DNA of 64,000 nucleotides from Lama glama (Eukaryota), in assembly GCA_028534125.1 (NCBI GenBank), contig CM052817.1, positions 7,442,001 to 7,506,000 on the forward strand, read 5' to 3'. The notes beneath the pieces were generated by a model, which worked only from the letters and a program-made list of their open reading frames with translations, ran no database searches and was not told the origin of the DNA. Made by a program: the position numbers and the translations under genes. Each line of letters begins with the position of its first letter. Positions within the stretch are counted from its first letter, which is position 1. Positions 14,239 to 26,109 of the stretch are shown one piece after another.

Positions 14239-14450
14239 GGGTGGCTACCAGGGGCTGGAGGGAGAGGAAAATGTCGAGTTAGAATTTTAATGGGTACAGA
14301 ATTTCAGTTCGGGAACACATAAAATGTTTTGGAGTAGGATGGTGGTGATGGTTGCATAACATTGTGAATAGACTTTGTGTCACGGAATGGTGCACTTAAA
14401 AATGGTTAAAATAATAAATGCTATGTTATGCATATTTTATTACCATAAAA
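14239..14450 (+). mobile_element. L1MB-type 3' end inserted into an L2 relic
   Basis: gtggctaccaggggctggagggag...aatgggtacagaatttcagtt...cacttaaaaatggttaaaat; decayed TSD aaaagttggtgttt / aaatgttggcattt. Confidence 0.9.
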
Positions 14451-14735
14451 ATGTTGGCATTTACTCAAATTCCATCCCAACCTTCTTTCTTCTTACTATT
14501 CAATGCTTTATTTTGTATTAAGCCCATCCAATTTCAAACTTTCAGCTAACACTTACATCCTAAGCTATCGCTTATCCTTAAATTTAAAATCTATTATCTC
14601 TAGTTTCAAATGCTCTGCCAGCTCCATCAATTCAGTCATTCAGAAACCACTCACTGCATATCATTTATGTATATAACATCGAGCTGACAATCAGGTGTAA
14701 ATTTTAAACCAACAGATATTTTTACTTGAATATTT

Positions 14736-15197
14736 GTTCTAGTTTGGGTTCACCCTGAGACTAGGGATTGAATACACATCACTTTTTTAGGTTGTAAGAA
14801 ACACAGCAGAATTGGGGAAGCGAGGCAGGGAATAATGTGTTAATGAGGAGCTAGGCATCAGTGTGGGATACAAGCATTTCATTCTATAGGGGACCGGCTG
14901 CAAATGGTGTGAAACTGCTTTGGAATGATCCCACCAGAACTCGGGAAAACCGGCCCATGAATCACAATGCCCATGTCCCACTGCTTGAGGGCTGCCCCCA
15001 GGAGCATTAACGGTCTCACACTTCTAGACTGGGCCTGCCTGAAGCTGACGCTGGAGACATTTTTCAGAAAAGATGGACTCCTATTCAGACTCTTGAGGTA
15101 AGGAATTCATGATGTGCAGAAAACTGCACTCCACAGCTACCCTTGAGAAAAGTGGACCAGGGGAGTGCGGACCAGGACATCACCAGCACTTGCTACA
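14736..15197 (-). mobile_element. ERVL LTR (LTR33-like)
   Basis: tgttctagtttgggttcaccctgagactagggatt ... gagggctgcccccaggagcattaac ... tgctaca; TG..CA ends. Confidence 0.8.
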
Positions 15198-15384
15198 GTG
15201 TCCTCTGGGCCTCTCAGATCAGCATTCCCAAAAGTAAATATTCAGTCATCTCTCCCACACCTGCTTCTCCGTTATCTCATTATAGTAAATAGCACCAATA
15301 TATATGCCAATCAAATATGGAATGCTATACCACCACTTATTCAGTAACTTATTATATATATATATATATATGTATATGTATTCT

Positions 15385-15510
15385 AATCTCATTTTCTGCT
15401 TCTGTAAAATGAGGATAATGATAAATCTTCCAAAGCATTGTTGTAAGAATTAAATTTACCATCACATATTTAGTGTCTGGCATGCATCCCACCACCGTAG
15501 ATACCTCACA
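15385..15510 (+). mobile_element. MIR 3' half, preceded by (TA)9
   Basis: ctgtaaaatgaggataatgata ... gttgtaagaattaaat ... agtgtctggca. Confidence 0.75.
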
Positions 15511-17039
15511 CATGCTGATACCCTCCCATGGCCAGAACCAGTCCATCTCTTTCTTGATAAAGCAATGGACACTAAAGCACCCCAAATAAAATGAAAGAAA
15601 GGAACACTGTGCCTTCTTCTTGCTCTCAATGCCTTGTATAATGCCTGAAACAATAATAGATGTTCAATAAATGTGTTCATTTTCACTTCATTTTTGCCCT
15701 TCAGTGTCTCCTAACTTCCAGAATCTTCTCCTTCAATTCTTCTTCTACCTGCATTACAATAATATAGCCAAAATGAAAACTGCATTGCACTGCACCTTTG
15801 CTTAAAGCATGTAAGGGTTATCATCACTTAGACTGGAACGCACAGGGTTTCAGCATGTTACTGAATGGGCTTCCTGCGCACACAATACCAGACTATCGAG
15901 GGCTCCCTGTTCTTTCTGGGCTTCTTCCCTCTAACGGAGTTTCTTCCTTCTGTGTTTTCACTCTGTCTGGGATCTCCTCAAACTGCTCCTCATCCCCAGA
16001 TCTGGCCATTCATGCTCTGGGGATACTTCCTTACTTGACCACTGAGCTCTGTACCTTCCTCTGATTCAGTTTATAACTTTCGCCTTAGGATTTCCACATG
16101 CCACATGCGCACTCTGTAACAGCACCCACTTCATCTTCTTACAGAGGCTGCCCTCCACAAGAAAAGAAATTATATTTTATTTACTATTTTTTAATGCTGA
16201 AACCTAATCAATGAGATAATAAATGACAAACCATGCAGTGCTTAATGAGCTAACTGAAAGGATTATCTGTAGCTCATGCTAGCCTTCCTAAAAGTCTACA
16301 AAGAAACAGCCCCAATTAGTTTCATAGGCAGAAGTTATGTTTAATAAGTCATGGAATGTAAGTAAGGCTAGTTGTTTAAGCAGCATCACTGCACAAACTG
16401 ATCTGGAACTAATAGGAGATGGGAAAACACAACTTTCAGGAAGTTATGGGAAATTCTACCAAGTCACAGTCTACCTTCTGCTTCTCTTCTACTCTTATTA
16501 ATGAGGGCTCTCCTGAGCTGTATCTTAGGTAATAAGCAGAGTTAAAGTATTGGAAACGCTGTGTGGGAGTAAATTACAGAGGAAGACCCCAGTATTAACA
16601 ATGCATGCAGATCTTTGTTCATTGCACAGCTATTTGTGGAGTGTGTACAAGGAGGCAGCTTCAGCTTTGCTCCACCCTCTCATGCAGCAGAAAATATTCC
16701 ACGTGGAAGCCTTATAGCTCACCTGGGTGCCTCCTGGTATTCCTTTCCCCAGGATGGTAGACAGACAGGCAGAACAACCCTTGACGGAGAAGGGCGTAAT
16801 GATCAGAGAGTCAGGCTTCCCAAAGACCAAAGGGTCCGGACCTGTAAGCCATAAAGGCCAGCAGAAGGAATGGCTGAGGGGAAAAAGGAACCAGGAATAG
16901 ACGATGTAAGAGAGAGGCAGTAAGCATCAGCTGCAGCCCTGAGACCAGCTGGAACTGGATGGGCATCGCTCATCCGTCTAGCTTGCATCTTACAAGTTAC
17001 CCTCAGACAAGAGTTGCACTAGATCTTGCAGCAACTGTT

Positions 17040-17300
17040 CCCTGAATGTATGTGGATAAATGAACCAGAAGTGCACCAGGGGTGGACAGTGGTGGGCATA
17101 GAAATACTCTGTCCAGATCCACCTTTATGAGGGATTTATTGCCCAGCTATGGAGAGTGTGGTCAGAAGAGTCTCCTGCTGTTTTCCCTTCAGAGTCTTTC
17201 TCGGCTTCAGAGAACTGCCTCGTCTAAGGTCATGGTCTTCCCAAGGCAGCTTGGATTACTGGGACTGATTGAAGTGAGGTGTATATAAAGCTGGCTGATC
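17040..17300 (+). mobile_element. ERVL internal 3' end, polypurine tract and 5' half of an LTR16C-like LTR
   Basis: aggggtgga (17078-17086) directly precedes gtggtgggcatagaaatactctgtccagatccacc...; tatataaag near 17283. Confidence 0.7.
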
Positions 17301-17339
17301 GGAAATCTAGACTGAGTATCTGAGTGTAAGCCTATAGTA

Positions 17340-18250
17340 GCTGTTCACCTGAACTACAGTCCACTCAAGGATGACCTCGATAGACAATCACCAGAGGACT
17401 GACCTCCAATGGGAGTGTACCTGGCTATCTACTTAGTGTGGATAAACAGAAGCTCCCTGAGGTCAGCTCACATATGGAACGTGGGGCAGTGCTAAGTGGT
17501 CTGGCTGGCTGGAAAGAATGTGGAAAGAGGAAAACTGAAAGATCGGTAGCATGGAGATCTGGCATAGGGGGAGGTGAGTAGGTGGATAAGGGAGGAGATC
17601 AGGGAAGGGTACCAACTAGGAAGGTCTTCATATGCTAATTCCTGCCAAGATGCGTTTATCATGAAAGAGGCACAAACCAATCAATGAGGGGGAAATGCGT
17701 TGGTCAGTTAGTATAATCCAGCTTTTATCCTTCGCCACCCAGTTCTGGAAGAATTAGAATGTAAATAAACAGGGTGTAATGAGAAAGATTAAGGCTATGC
17801 ATGAACCACCCATTAGCCAAAGCTGATCTGGCTATCACCACTGCCAGGGTCCTAGCTGTTCTGCAACAGAACCCAACTCTGTGTCCCCAGATGACCCCAT
17901 CCCTTGAGGAGATCAAATGGTCCCTTGATAGAAAGCTGACTGTATTGGATTTCTGCCATCCCCAAAGTGCCAGCAATTCATGTTGACAAGAATAGACACA
18001 AAAATACACGCATATTCTGGTATGGTTATAGGTTTACCTTCCTTTTTTGCAAGACCTCAAGGGTGACTTTGTGTGGACCCGTAATTACAGGATTCACTTT
18101 CCACATTTCATCACTTTAAATCAAAGACCTGTATATGTTGCAGTGAATTCATAGAACAAGGAACTCAAAAGTAGGAGCAGGATTGGCCCTGCTTGCCATC
18201 TCTCCTAGAGACCCCCTTGGGAAATTTGTGCTTCTAGTCCTCATACCATA
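17340..18250 (+). mobile_element. Decayed ERVL pol relic (RNase H to integrase)
   Basis: Hand translation across frameshifts gives AVLSGLAGW, WKEEN*KIGSMEIW, PLAKADLAITTA, IP*GDQ, ADCIGFLPS..QQFMLTRIDT, LNQRPVY and ISPRDPLGKFVL, matching ERV-L Pol motifs AVANGLAGW, WKIGDKEIW, PLTKADLATATA, VDYIGPLP, LNQRPIY and TPSDPLAKFLL. Confidence 0.9.
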
Positions 18251-19869
18251 AGTGGAAGTGTAGTTAGTTCTTTCTGTAATCTGATCTCTCTCATGCTCTG
18301 CTGAGTTTCTTCAGACCACAGCCACCACCTGTTACTCACTGACTTAAGGGTATGACACACATCAGCCCACTGTGACCCACAGGTTTTAGTTTTGCAAGAG
18401 GTCCCCTTAAATCCCTGTTATTTGACTTGAAGTGAGAGCAAAGCATAATTCTAACCATCTCCATGGGCAGAAGATTTAAAAAGTCCCTGGAACTCAACAT
18501 CATAAGGAAATGCTCTCTCTTGGCCCCTCAAAAACAGGTCTTATTGGTTATGGGACGGGAAACCAGTTCGGAAATGTATGAATACTTGCCATCAGTCTTT
18601 GTTTTGTTTTTGGCTTTGGGGAGTCTCAGAGATAAACAGAAGCAGGAAAAAAAGGTTCCATTTGAAATCCTGTTTCACAAGGTTATAAATGTGTGCTGAA
18701 CATAACACAGAGGCTTTGAATGCCAGGCCAAGGAAATTGGAAGACATTAGAAACTCTCCAAAATAATTTTTAGTGATGTTTGTTCCTGCCTTTATATGTA
18801 TTTCTTTGTCTCTGTTTGCAGGTTCTGCTAAAGCTCAAAATTTTTAGTGGCATAGACGCTTTGGAGCCCAGCGAAAATTTGGTTTTCGTTTTGTGTCACA
18901 GATAATAAATCAGCTCCTATTGATTTGAAACTTGACTGAGGTCTTCTAAAAAGACTTAAATTTCCTTTCTGGGTTTTTAGATTGGACCAATTTCACTCAA
19001 TTTTGAATTTCATTACAAACCGACTTCTGCATTCAATGGAAAACTGATTTCCCTCGCAAACCCACCAAATGCATCTCTCCAAATTGCAGCTGAACTTTTT
19101 TAATGGGATGTCAGCAACCTCCATGATAAATATTGATCTTGTATTCAGCCACTCCCAAATAAAACATTTCCCGTTTCCATGTATTTCACCCTCTGGAGGC
19201 AAATCCTCCAAAGAAGAGGCTAGTCTTCACCTTTCATCAAATAACTAGGACTACCCATTTCTGCGGAGCCAGGTGGACCTGAATCAGTTTTCAAATGCCT
19301 TCTCCCCAGATCAACCGTTAGAACTTGAAGTCCAGTATTCAAAGGCTTATTGAAAATCTGTGGTGTCAGCAAGAGAATTACAGGGATAACTCACATATAA
19401 TATATACAGCTGGGAAAGGGATTGCTCCTCATTGATGGAAAACTAATCATTTTGCCTAAGAATACAGATGTGAATACCTAACAGACATGTGAATTTTAAG
19501 CAGTAAAGAAAATGGAAAGTATTCTTAGTTTTTGATCAACGCAATCTCTAGCCTGAGTCTTTATAAATCCATTTATCAATTCTAGACATACTAATCTTCC
19601 CCCTAAAAACAGTTGTACCATGTTACATCTGAGCCCCCCAGATTTTAGTGGTTCTCCATGGTTCAAATTGCCAAAGTGTGAGTCTAAGAATCTAAATCAT
19701 TTGCATCTTGGTTCCGGCTTATTTGTACAGACCCATTCCTTCCAGTTCCTACAAGAATGAGCCCTTTCCTTAAGCACCATGGCCCGGTAAAGGCACAGAA
19801 TTTTCTGGCTTTTCCCTGTCTGCATCTCAAGGGCACCAAGTTCTCTCAAATTGTCTCATAATTGACATG

Positions 19870-20355
19870 CTCCATATCACGCAGCCTTAGACAAGGACTT
19901 AGGAGCGGGTTTATTTGGGAGGCACCCCTGAATACAGCTGTGAGACAGTGGGGAGAGTGAGACAAGGAGAGGGAGGTGCATTGTGAAGCAAGTTAGTATG
20001 GTGGACACGGGGCTCAGTGCTCTAAGGGACTGTGTATGGAACCTGCCAGAATGAGCTCCAACATTATCCTTCCGAAGGCTGGGAGCAGAGGCATTTAACC
20101 CTCTAACTTTCATTTTCCAACAGCGAGGAATTCACTGGAGGCCTTTGTTTATCCGTTCCTCTGTGCCACACCTGGTACGTAGCTAAGTAGGCTTCGGTGG
20201 CTTCAGAGAAATCACTGCAGCCGAAAAGCAGAGTTTCACTAGGTATGTTTGGAGTAGGACGGTGTCAGAGTACGTGACACTGTCCACCAGAATGTCACTG
20301 AAATCAGAAGTGGGCTGAGGGACATGCTTGGGGGCCCAAATAGCACTGGGCCGTC
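19870..20355 (-). mobile_element. ERVL LTR (LTR33-like)
   Basis: agacaaggacttaggagcgggtttatttgggaggcaccc ... gagtgagacaagg. Confidence 0.75.
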
Positions 20356-22759
20356 TTCCATTGGCATGAGAGTAAGTCCCAGAGGAACTCATGTTTGCTT
20401 TCCCTTTGTTTTGGACTTCACATGGATTTCCTAGCTTCTGCTTTTGTAACTTCTCAGTAGTTCATGGTTTCTATTAATGGCCTTATGAATGGCTTCTCAT
20501 AAGATGATATGGCCTCAGGACCTCCAGTCATTATGTAGGTCTAAGGTTAGCAGTCCCTTCTCCAAAGTACCGAGGGAAGCAGACATTACATACCTCCACA
20601 GCCCTGTGCTCAACCACATGCTCTGCTCAACGACCACCCAACAACCTTTTATTTCCACAAATGCTCCAAACCTTTCCGCATACTTCGCTTCGCCATGTCC
20701 CCTTTATAACCACCATTTAATATCCCCTATTTAACATCTATCTTGGTTTTCAGAAAACAGCTTTATGCTTTGAAGTCCCATTTGGCTGTGGTGTCATCTA
20801 TGAAATGTTCTGTGACTGCCTGAGTACAAGATGAGCCCTCTTTTCTATTAATTCCTGTAATAATAACAGAAAGAGTAATTATTTCCCTATGAGATGAAAG
20901 TGTCAACTGATATACCCTGTGCTTTCGGATTAAAGGAATGGAGAATCCACCCTTTTCAAGCATTCCAGGGATTCTCGGAGAGAATGACTCATATTTTCTC
21001 CGGGTACCCCTGATTAGCAGCTTCTGCTTCTTCTGAATTAATTCAACTCAGATGAGCCTTCTATTTGCACAGAAGACTGACAAAATTTCCAGTATATCAC
21101 TGGAATACAAAAATTGCATTGGCCATTTATGCCAAATAAGGATTCAATTTTCTCTCATGTTAATGAGTATCGTTCAATCATTGATCCCTCTATTCCGTGA
21201 TGCCTCTCTTTACCTCAGCTCTAAATTCCTGTTCATTTTGCATGCAGAGTTCATTTCTTCCACTCCATGTTCTCAACCCTCCAACATCAACGCCAATGCG
21301 AACATTAACGTATTTACCTAATAACGTCTGCTGATTCCCTCGAAGAAACTTGGAAAATAATATTTTGCCTTTGAAAGTGTAGTTATCAATAGAAATCAGA
21401 CATGCATGTGGTAATGGTGATGTGTTTCTGAGAAAGATTCTTAGAAGAAGATTCTGAGTCTGATTCGAAGTGTCCAGACACTGCTCTACTAGCATCCAGT
21501 AACGAGAGACACTAGGACAGTGACTCACTAAGAAATCAAATACAAAACCAACGTGTTCTCAGAGTGCTGCTTTATCAATTTGCAATAAAAATGAGGTCAT
21601 CTTGTGGGCTAGAAATGTTTAGATCTCTTGTTTAGTCTTTTTTCCCTCTGTGGCCAATGAACATGGACACCACATCACAACCACAAACTGTTATCAAGTA
21701 ACCATAAGAAACCATTGTCAGAGAGAATGTAAATAATCAACATCTACCATCAGTTTTGTTGCCCTTGTCTGAGGACGTGAAATTTTTCATCAGTGCAGTA
21801 TCTCTTTAATGCCCTTCAGCAAGTGTGAAAACAAGAACTAAGGGGAAGAAATCCCATGGTCAAGGGCGACTGGGCTAACATGTTAATGGTGGTCACTGTC
21901 AGTGGCAACTGATTGACTGAACAGTGCTAACATAAACTCCTCTGATTCTTCTTTCTATATTACCAGGCATACCCAACCCCATTTTTACTGACACATCATA
22001 AGTATATTAATATATTTGAAAATGTTGCTCTGGAGTCTAGTATCCCAGGGACCATGTTCTGCTTCAGATCATCCTACATGTCTCTGTTCTGTCTTTTATA
22101 TGTTACCTTACAATTTAATTTCCCTCTGTTCAAGTTCTTAGAGCAGCTACATACTTTGGTTCAGGCACAGGACAGATCCTCTACAATTTGTAGCTCTAAT
22201 CTTTAAAACTCACACTACCAGTTACATTACATGATGAGCCATTTTATAGTCTGTATCTTGTCTTACTCAACTGATATGTGCCTCATGACAGATATCTGTT
22301 TATGCTCCCAGCATTTTCCTCCTTAATTGTGAGCTATTTAAAAGCAAGGGCAAAATCCAGGAGCAGTGAGAGACCTACAGAGATGTGAACCACACATAAA
22401 GTGACATGCAAAGGAATAGCCAGTGGCAGCCATTTCACAAAATATATAAAAGGCAAGGAAACTTTCTCCAACACTGTTGATAAGGACTCATGTCATTAGG
22501 TTTAAATTTGAGTGATTGAAGACGAGGGTTTTTTGTTTTTTTGAAAATGATTAATATTGGCCTTGATCCATGGTCATGACGTACCCAGTGAAGAAGAGTA
22601 TGTGATGATAACAGTACTGGGTACTTCAAGAAGAATTGTAAGACCCAGGAAAATGGATTGAATCCAAGAAGGGGGAGGTGATTTGCCATATGGCTTTTAA
22701 GTTAAATGATGGATGTATTACCATTGCATGCGTATCAGCATTAAAAACAGAAGCAAGGT

Positions 22760-22960
22760 GGCAAAACCCGGAAGGTTAAAGCTCCAGGTAGGTCAGACTT
22801 GTGAGTTTGAGGTGTAGCTCTTCTGCTTGCTACTGAGACGTCTTGGTGAATTTCTGTTTCCTCATCTGTACAACAAGGATGATAAAACCTGCCTTCGAGA
22901 GCTATTGTGAAGATAGCTTTGTAATAGCTCACATTTTTCGAGTACTTGCCATGATCCATC
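22760..22960 (+). mobile_element. MIR SINE
   Basis: gtttcctcatctgtacaacaaggatgataa ... attgtgaagat. Confidence 0.8.
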
Positions 22961-22979
22961 TAAGGACGTTGCTGGTATA

Positions 22980-23140
22980 AGCTCATACAATCCTTTGAAT
23001 AATAGTGAGATAGGTATTTACCATGGAGAAAAAAAGGCACAGAGAAATCACTCAGGGTCATGCAGGAAATACGTGTTGGAGCTAGAATTTGAACACCAGT
23101 ATTCTGATCCTAGAGGCTACTCGCTTTTCACCAGGTTGAT
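22980..23140 (-). mobile_element. MIR fragment
   Basis: aggcacagagaaatcactcagggtcatgcag ... gagctagaatttgaacacc. Confidence 0.7.
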
Positions 23141-23284
23141 GCACTCTCTCCTAAATTACCTGTTATCTTATTAAAGATTTCCTTTTTTTGAGACAATGCG
23201 CAGAAAGACTTTATACCAGAACTTAGAACATGAGTCTCATTTCTTCTTATTATTTATAATTATCAAATGCTATGGAAAATTCTT

Positions 23285-23400
23285 ACACTGGCTGTCAGAC
23301 AACCTTAATTCTGGTCTTAGCTCTGCCGCTAAATAGACGTATGGCTCTGGGCAAGTCCCTTCCTTCTCTGGCATTCATTTTTCTGGCTTATGATTCTTAG
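23285..23400 (+). mobile_element. MIR fragment
   Basis: tcttagctctgccgct ... tgggcaagtcccttccttctctg. Confidence 0.65.
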
Positions 23401-23974
23401 GGAAAATTAAGAGCTATTTATTAAACACCTTAGAGTCTCTGCTAAACAGACTTTGAATTCTTAAACTTTGTTTCCTGTGTTTTACTAAGTACTGTAGGGA
23501 AGACACCAGACTGAATGGGAATTCACACAGCTAATAATTGTTTTTGTTATTTAAGAAAGAGAAGAAACTGAGCAGAAAAAGAAAAGCAAGCCAAAAATCC
23601 CATCTTCATTGTCCAGAAGGAGGCTCAGAGCCGCAGAGGTGCAGAAATTTCACTGCCTGTCCAGGTTGATCTTGAATGTCCCTTGAAATAAATCGATCTA
23701 GGGTCCTAACATATGTAATTTCAATTCCAGTAATGGTAGGTCTGCAGCATTAGCTGCAGTTGCCAAAAAAGGGGTGACATTTATTACAAGCTCAGACGTG
23801 GAGAAAAATGATTCTTCACATGAATACATTTGCCTAAAGCAATGATAGTCTCAGAGGGAAATCATAAACAGAAAGAAAATGCTATTTGACTGCCCTCAAA
23901 TAGTGAAAACCCTAGAAAGCCTGAAGAGCAAATAATTAGCATTTAGGAAAAAGTGCTTCTCTTTTTCCTGAGCT

Positions 23975-24490
23975 CATCATCACAGATTCTGTCGGCGCTC
24001 CATCCTCTTGGTACTTTCCATTTCGTGTGTGCCAGTGACCTCCTGCCCAAGTGCTGTGCTTGTCTCCTGGGACTGCTCTCAGCCAAAGGCTGAGAGATAC
24101 AGGGATACTAAGGCAGACGTAGTTCACTGGGGTTCAAGGACTTCCTGCAGACCTTAGGAAACTCCCTTACCAGTCTAAGCCTTCATTCAACCTCTCTTCC
24201 TTCTCTCTTTCCTTCACAAAGGATCAGCTCTCCATGGAAATCTGCTCTCCCAGCGTCTCCTAGCTCCTCACCACTTTCTCTTATACAGATATTTTCCCCC
24301 AATAAAATAATTATACACCTAATCCTGTCTTGGTGCCTGCGTCTCAGAGGACCTGGAATAACATAGCTGTATTCTGTTTTCTGTCTTATTTCTCTGCTCC
24401 TTACCAGGGCCTCCTGGGATCACCCAATACACTACTTGCACTCGGAACATCACCTCATAGTCTTCTTCTGGGAAAACCCAACTTAAGATG
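23975..24490 (+). mobile_element. LTR33-like ERVL LTR interrupted by a second ERVL LTR (LTR40-like, about 24030-24363)
   Basis: LTR33-like start cagattctgtcggcgctcc and end ctacttgcactcggaac...ctgggaaaacccaacttaaga; inner element ends aataaa...tctcagaggacctggaataaca. Confidence 0.6.
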
Positions 24491-25735
24491 CTCCTTCTTC
24501 TTTTAATTCATAACATCTTGTAACTTGCAAATTTTACATTCGCTTTACCTCTTTCTCTCTCTCGAGTATTTCAATATAAAATCATTTGAGACAATGTCCT
24601 TCCACAGGTTTAAACAGAGAGTGTCAGAGAATTTTAAATACTAACATATATTAGGAGACTCCAGAGATTTAATTAAAAAAGCTGAATCATAGATTCTCCA
24701 TGATTGATTACGTACAGTTCAACTTCTGAATCTCCTTATCTATTAAGTGGAATCACTCAATGATGCCTCCAGCATCATTGACCAAAACCGCTTAAAGTCA
24801 CCCTTCTCATAGTATACAGAGTCCATACAGGAGGTTTTCACAATGTTGGTTTTCATCTGGACATGTAAGCAGGACCCATCCAAACCTCTAGATCCTTCAC
24901 AGATTATAAACGATATGAAAATTTTCCAGGACAAAAGGTGAAGATAATGGTGGCAAACTGATTAAGCCTTTCTCTTTTGATAACGTTACTGCACACAATA
25001 GGAGTGATTACCATTGATTACCATGATGAACCAGAAGGGGCTCAAACTGGGGAAATATTGCAAAGCCATTGTGGGAGCAAAGCAGTAAGCCAATTTCTTT
25101 GAGTCTTGGTTAAAAGTATGCCCATTTGAAGTCATTTTGAGATTTTGTCTTTCTTTTGTAATGGGTGACTTTATCTGAATAACACATTTTAAGGAGTTAC
25201 TGTTCATCCAATGAAAACCTCATCTTCTCTCTAGTTGCCCCGTAAACTAAGGCCCAGTAGTACTAGTAAGAGTATTCTGGGCTGTTAATAGAAAGTGGCT
25301 CTTACCCAGTGGTCGAAGATCTCATCATTTGGTAGACTGTAGACATACCTCCTTTTTTTTTTTTTCCTGTCAGTTCTATATACATGTTTTAATGGGCTGG
25401 GCCAAACACATCCATATCTATCCCAAGGGGAAAATGCTACGTCTCTTTCATGTGAAGATGTGACTGCATATGTAAAATATTTGCACTAAAATTAAGTCTT
25501 CCATTTTCCAGATTTTCTCAATTATTAGCACACCAGACAGCTGCAGGAGCTCAAATAAAAATAGCAGCCAAGTTTTTCCAAAAGTCAAAGCAGCCATGAG
25601 ACGTCTGCATGGGGACTCTAGGCACACTAGGTAGCTCTTGTGTTCTAACTCGTGCTTTCTCCACCCACATTTTTATTACAGCCATTGCTATGATAGTTAA
25701 TTGCAAATAGGTATAACCCTATGCCACTTCCCCTC

Positions 25736-26105
25736 TGTTGCAGCAAACATCTCCTGCTACCACATAAGTTACTTGTGACAGTCAGTGCTGCCATTCTGAA
25801 CACATGGACAAACGTGGGATTATGATGGAGTTACTACTCTATGGGGCAACTCTTGAACAATGGGAGATTGGAGCAAATGGATAAATACAACTCTTTTGTG
25901 TCCCTCAAGTGGACAAGTTTGAGGAGCATGCCACATGGTGTAATGGTTTCCTAGCAGAATTTATCCCAAGCGATCCACAAAAGTGACCATTCCAATTACA
26001 CAATGTAGGCTATTCTTTCTTCTCTGTTTTATTTTCCCTACGCTCCCATCCTGATCCTTGCGATAACTTCTCTTAATAAACAATATGATACAAGTCTGCC
26101 TGAAT
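25736..26105 (+). mobile_element. LTR33-family ERVL LTR; last ~45 bp apparently displaced to about 32528-32570 by the L1
   Basis: ggggcaactcttgaacaatgggag...ggataaatac ... aataaac; tctgagattctgctttttgaggac...actaacac resumes after the L1. Confidence 0.65.
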
Positions 26106-26109
26106 TCAC

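Noticed and set aside
18790..18900. Strong plus-strand splice acceptor tttctttgtctctgtttgcag
   Set aside because: No good donor at exon distance and no recognisable reading frame
22760..23140. Adjacent opposite-orientation MIR pairs as hairpins (also near 13.5, 36.8 and 47.2 kb)
   Set aside because: Common at this MIR density and too diverged for a stable duplex
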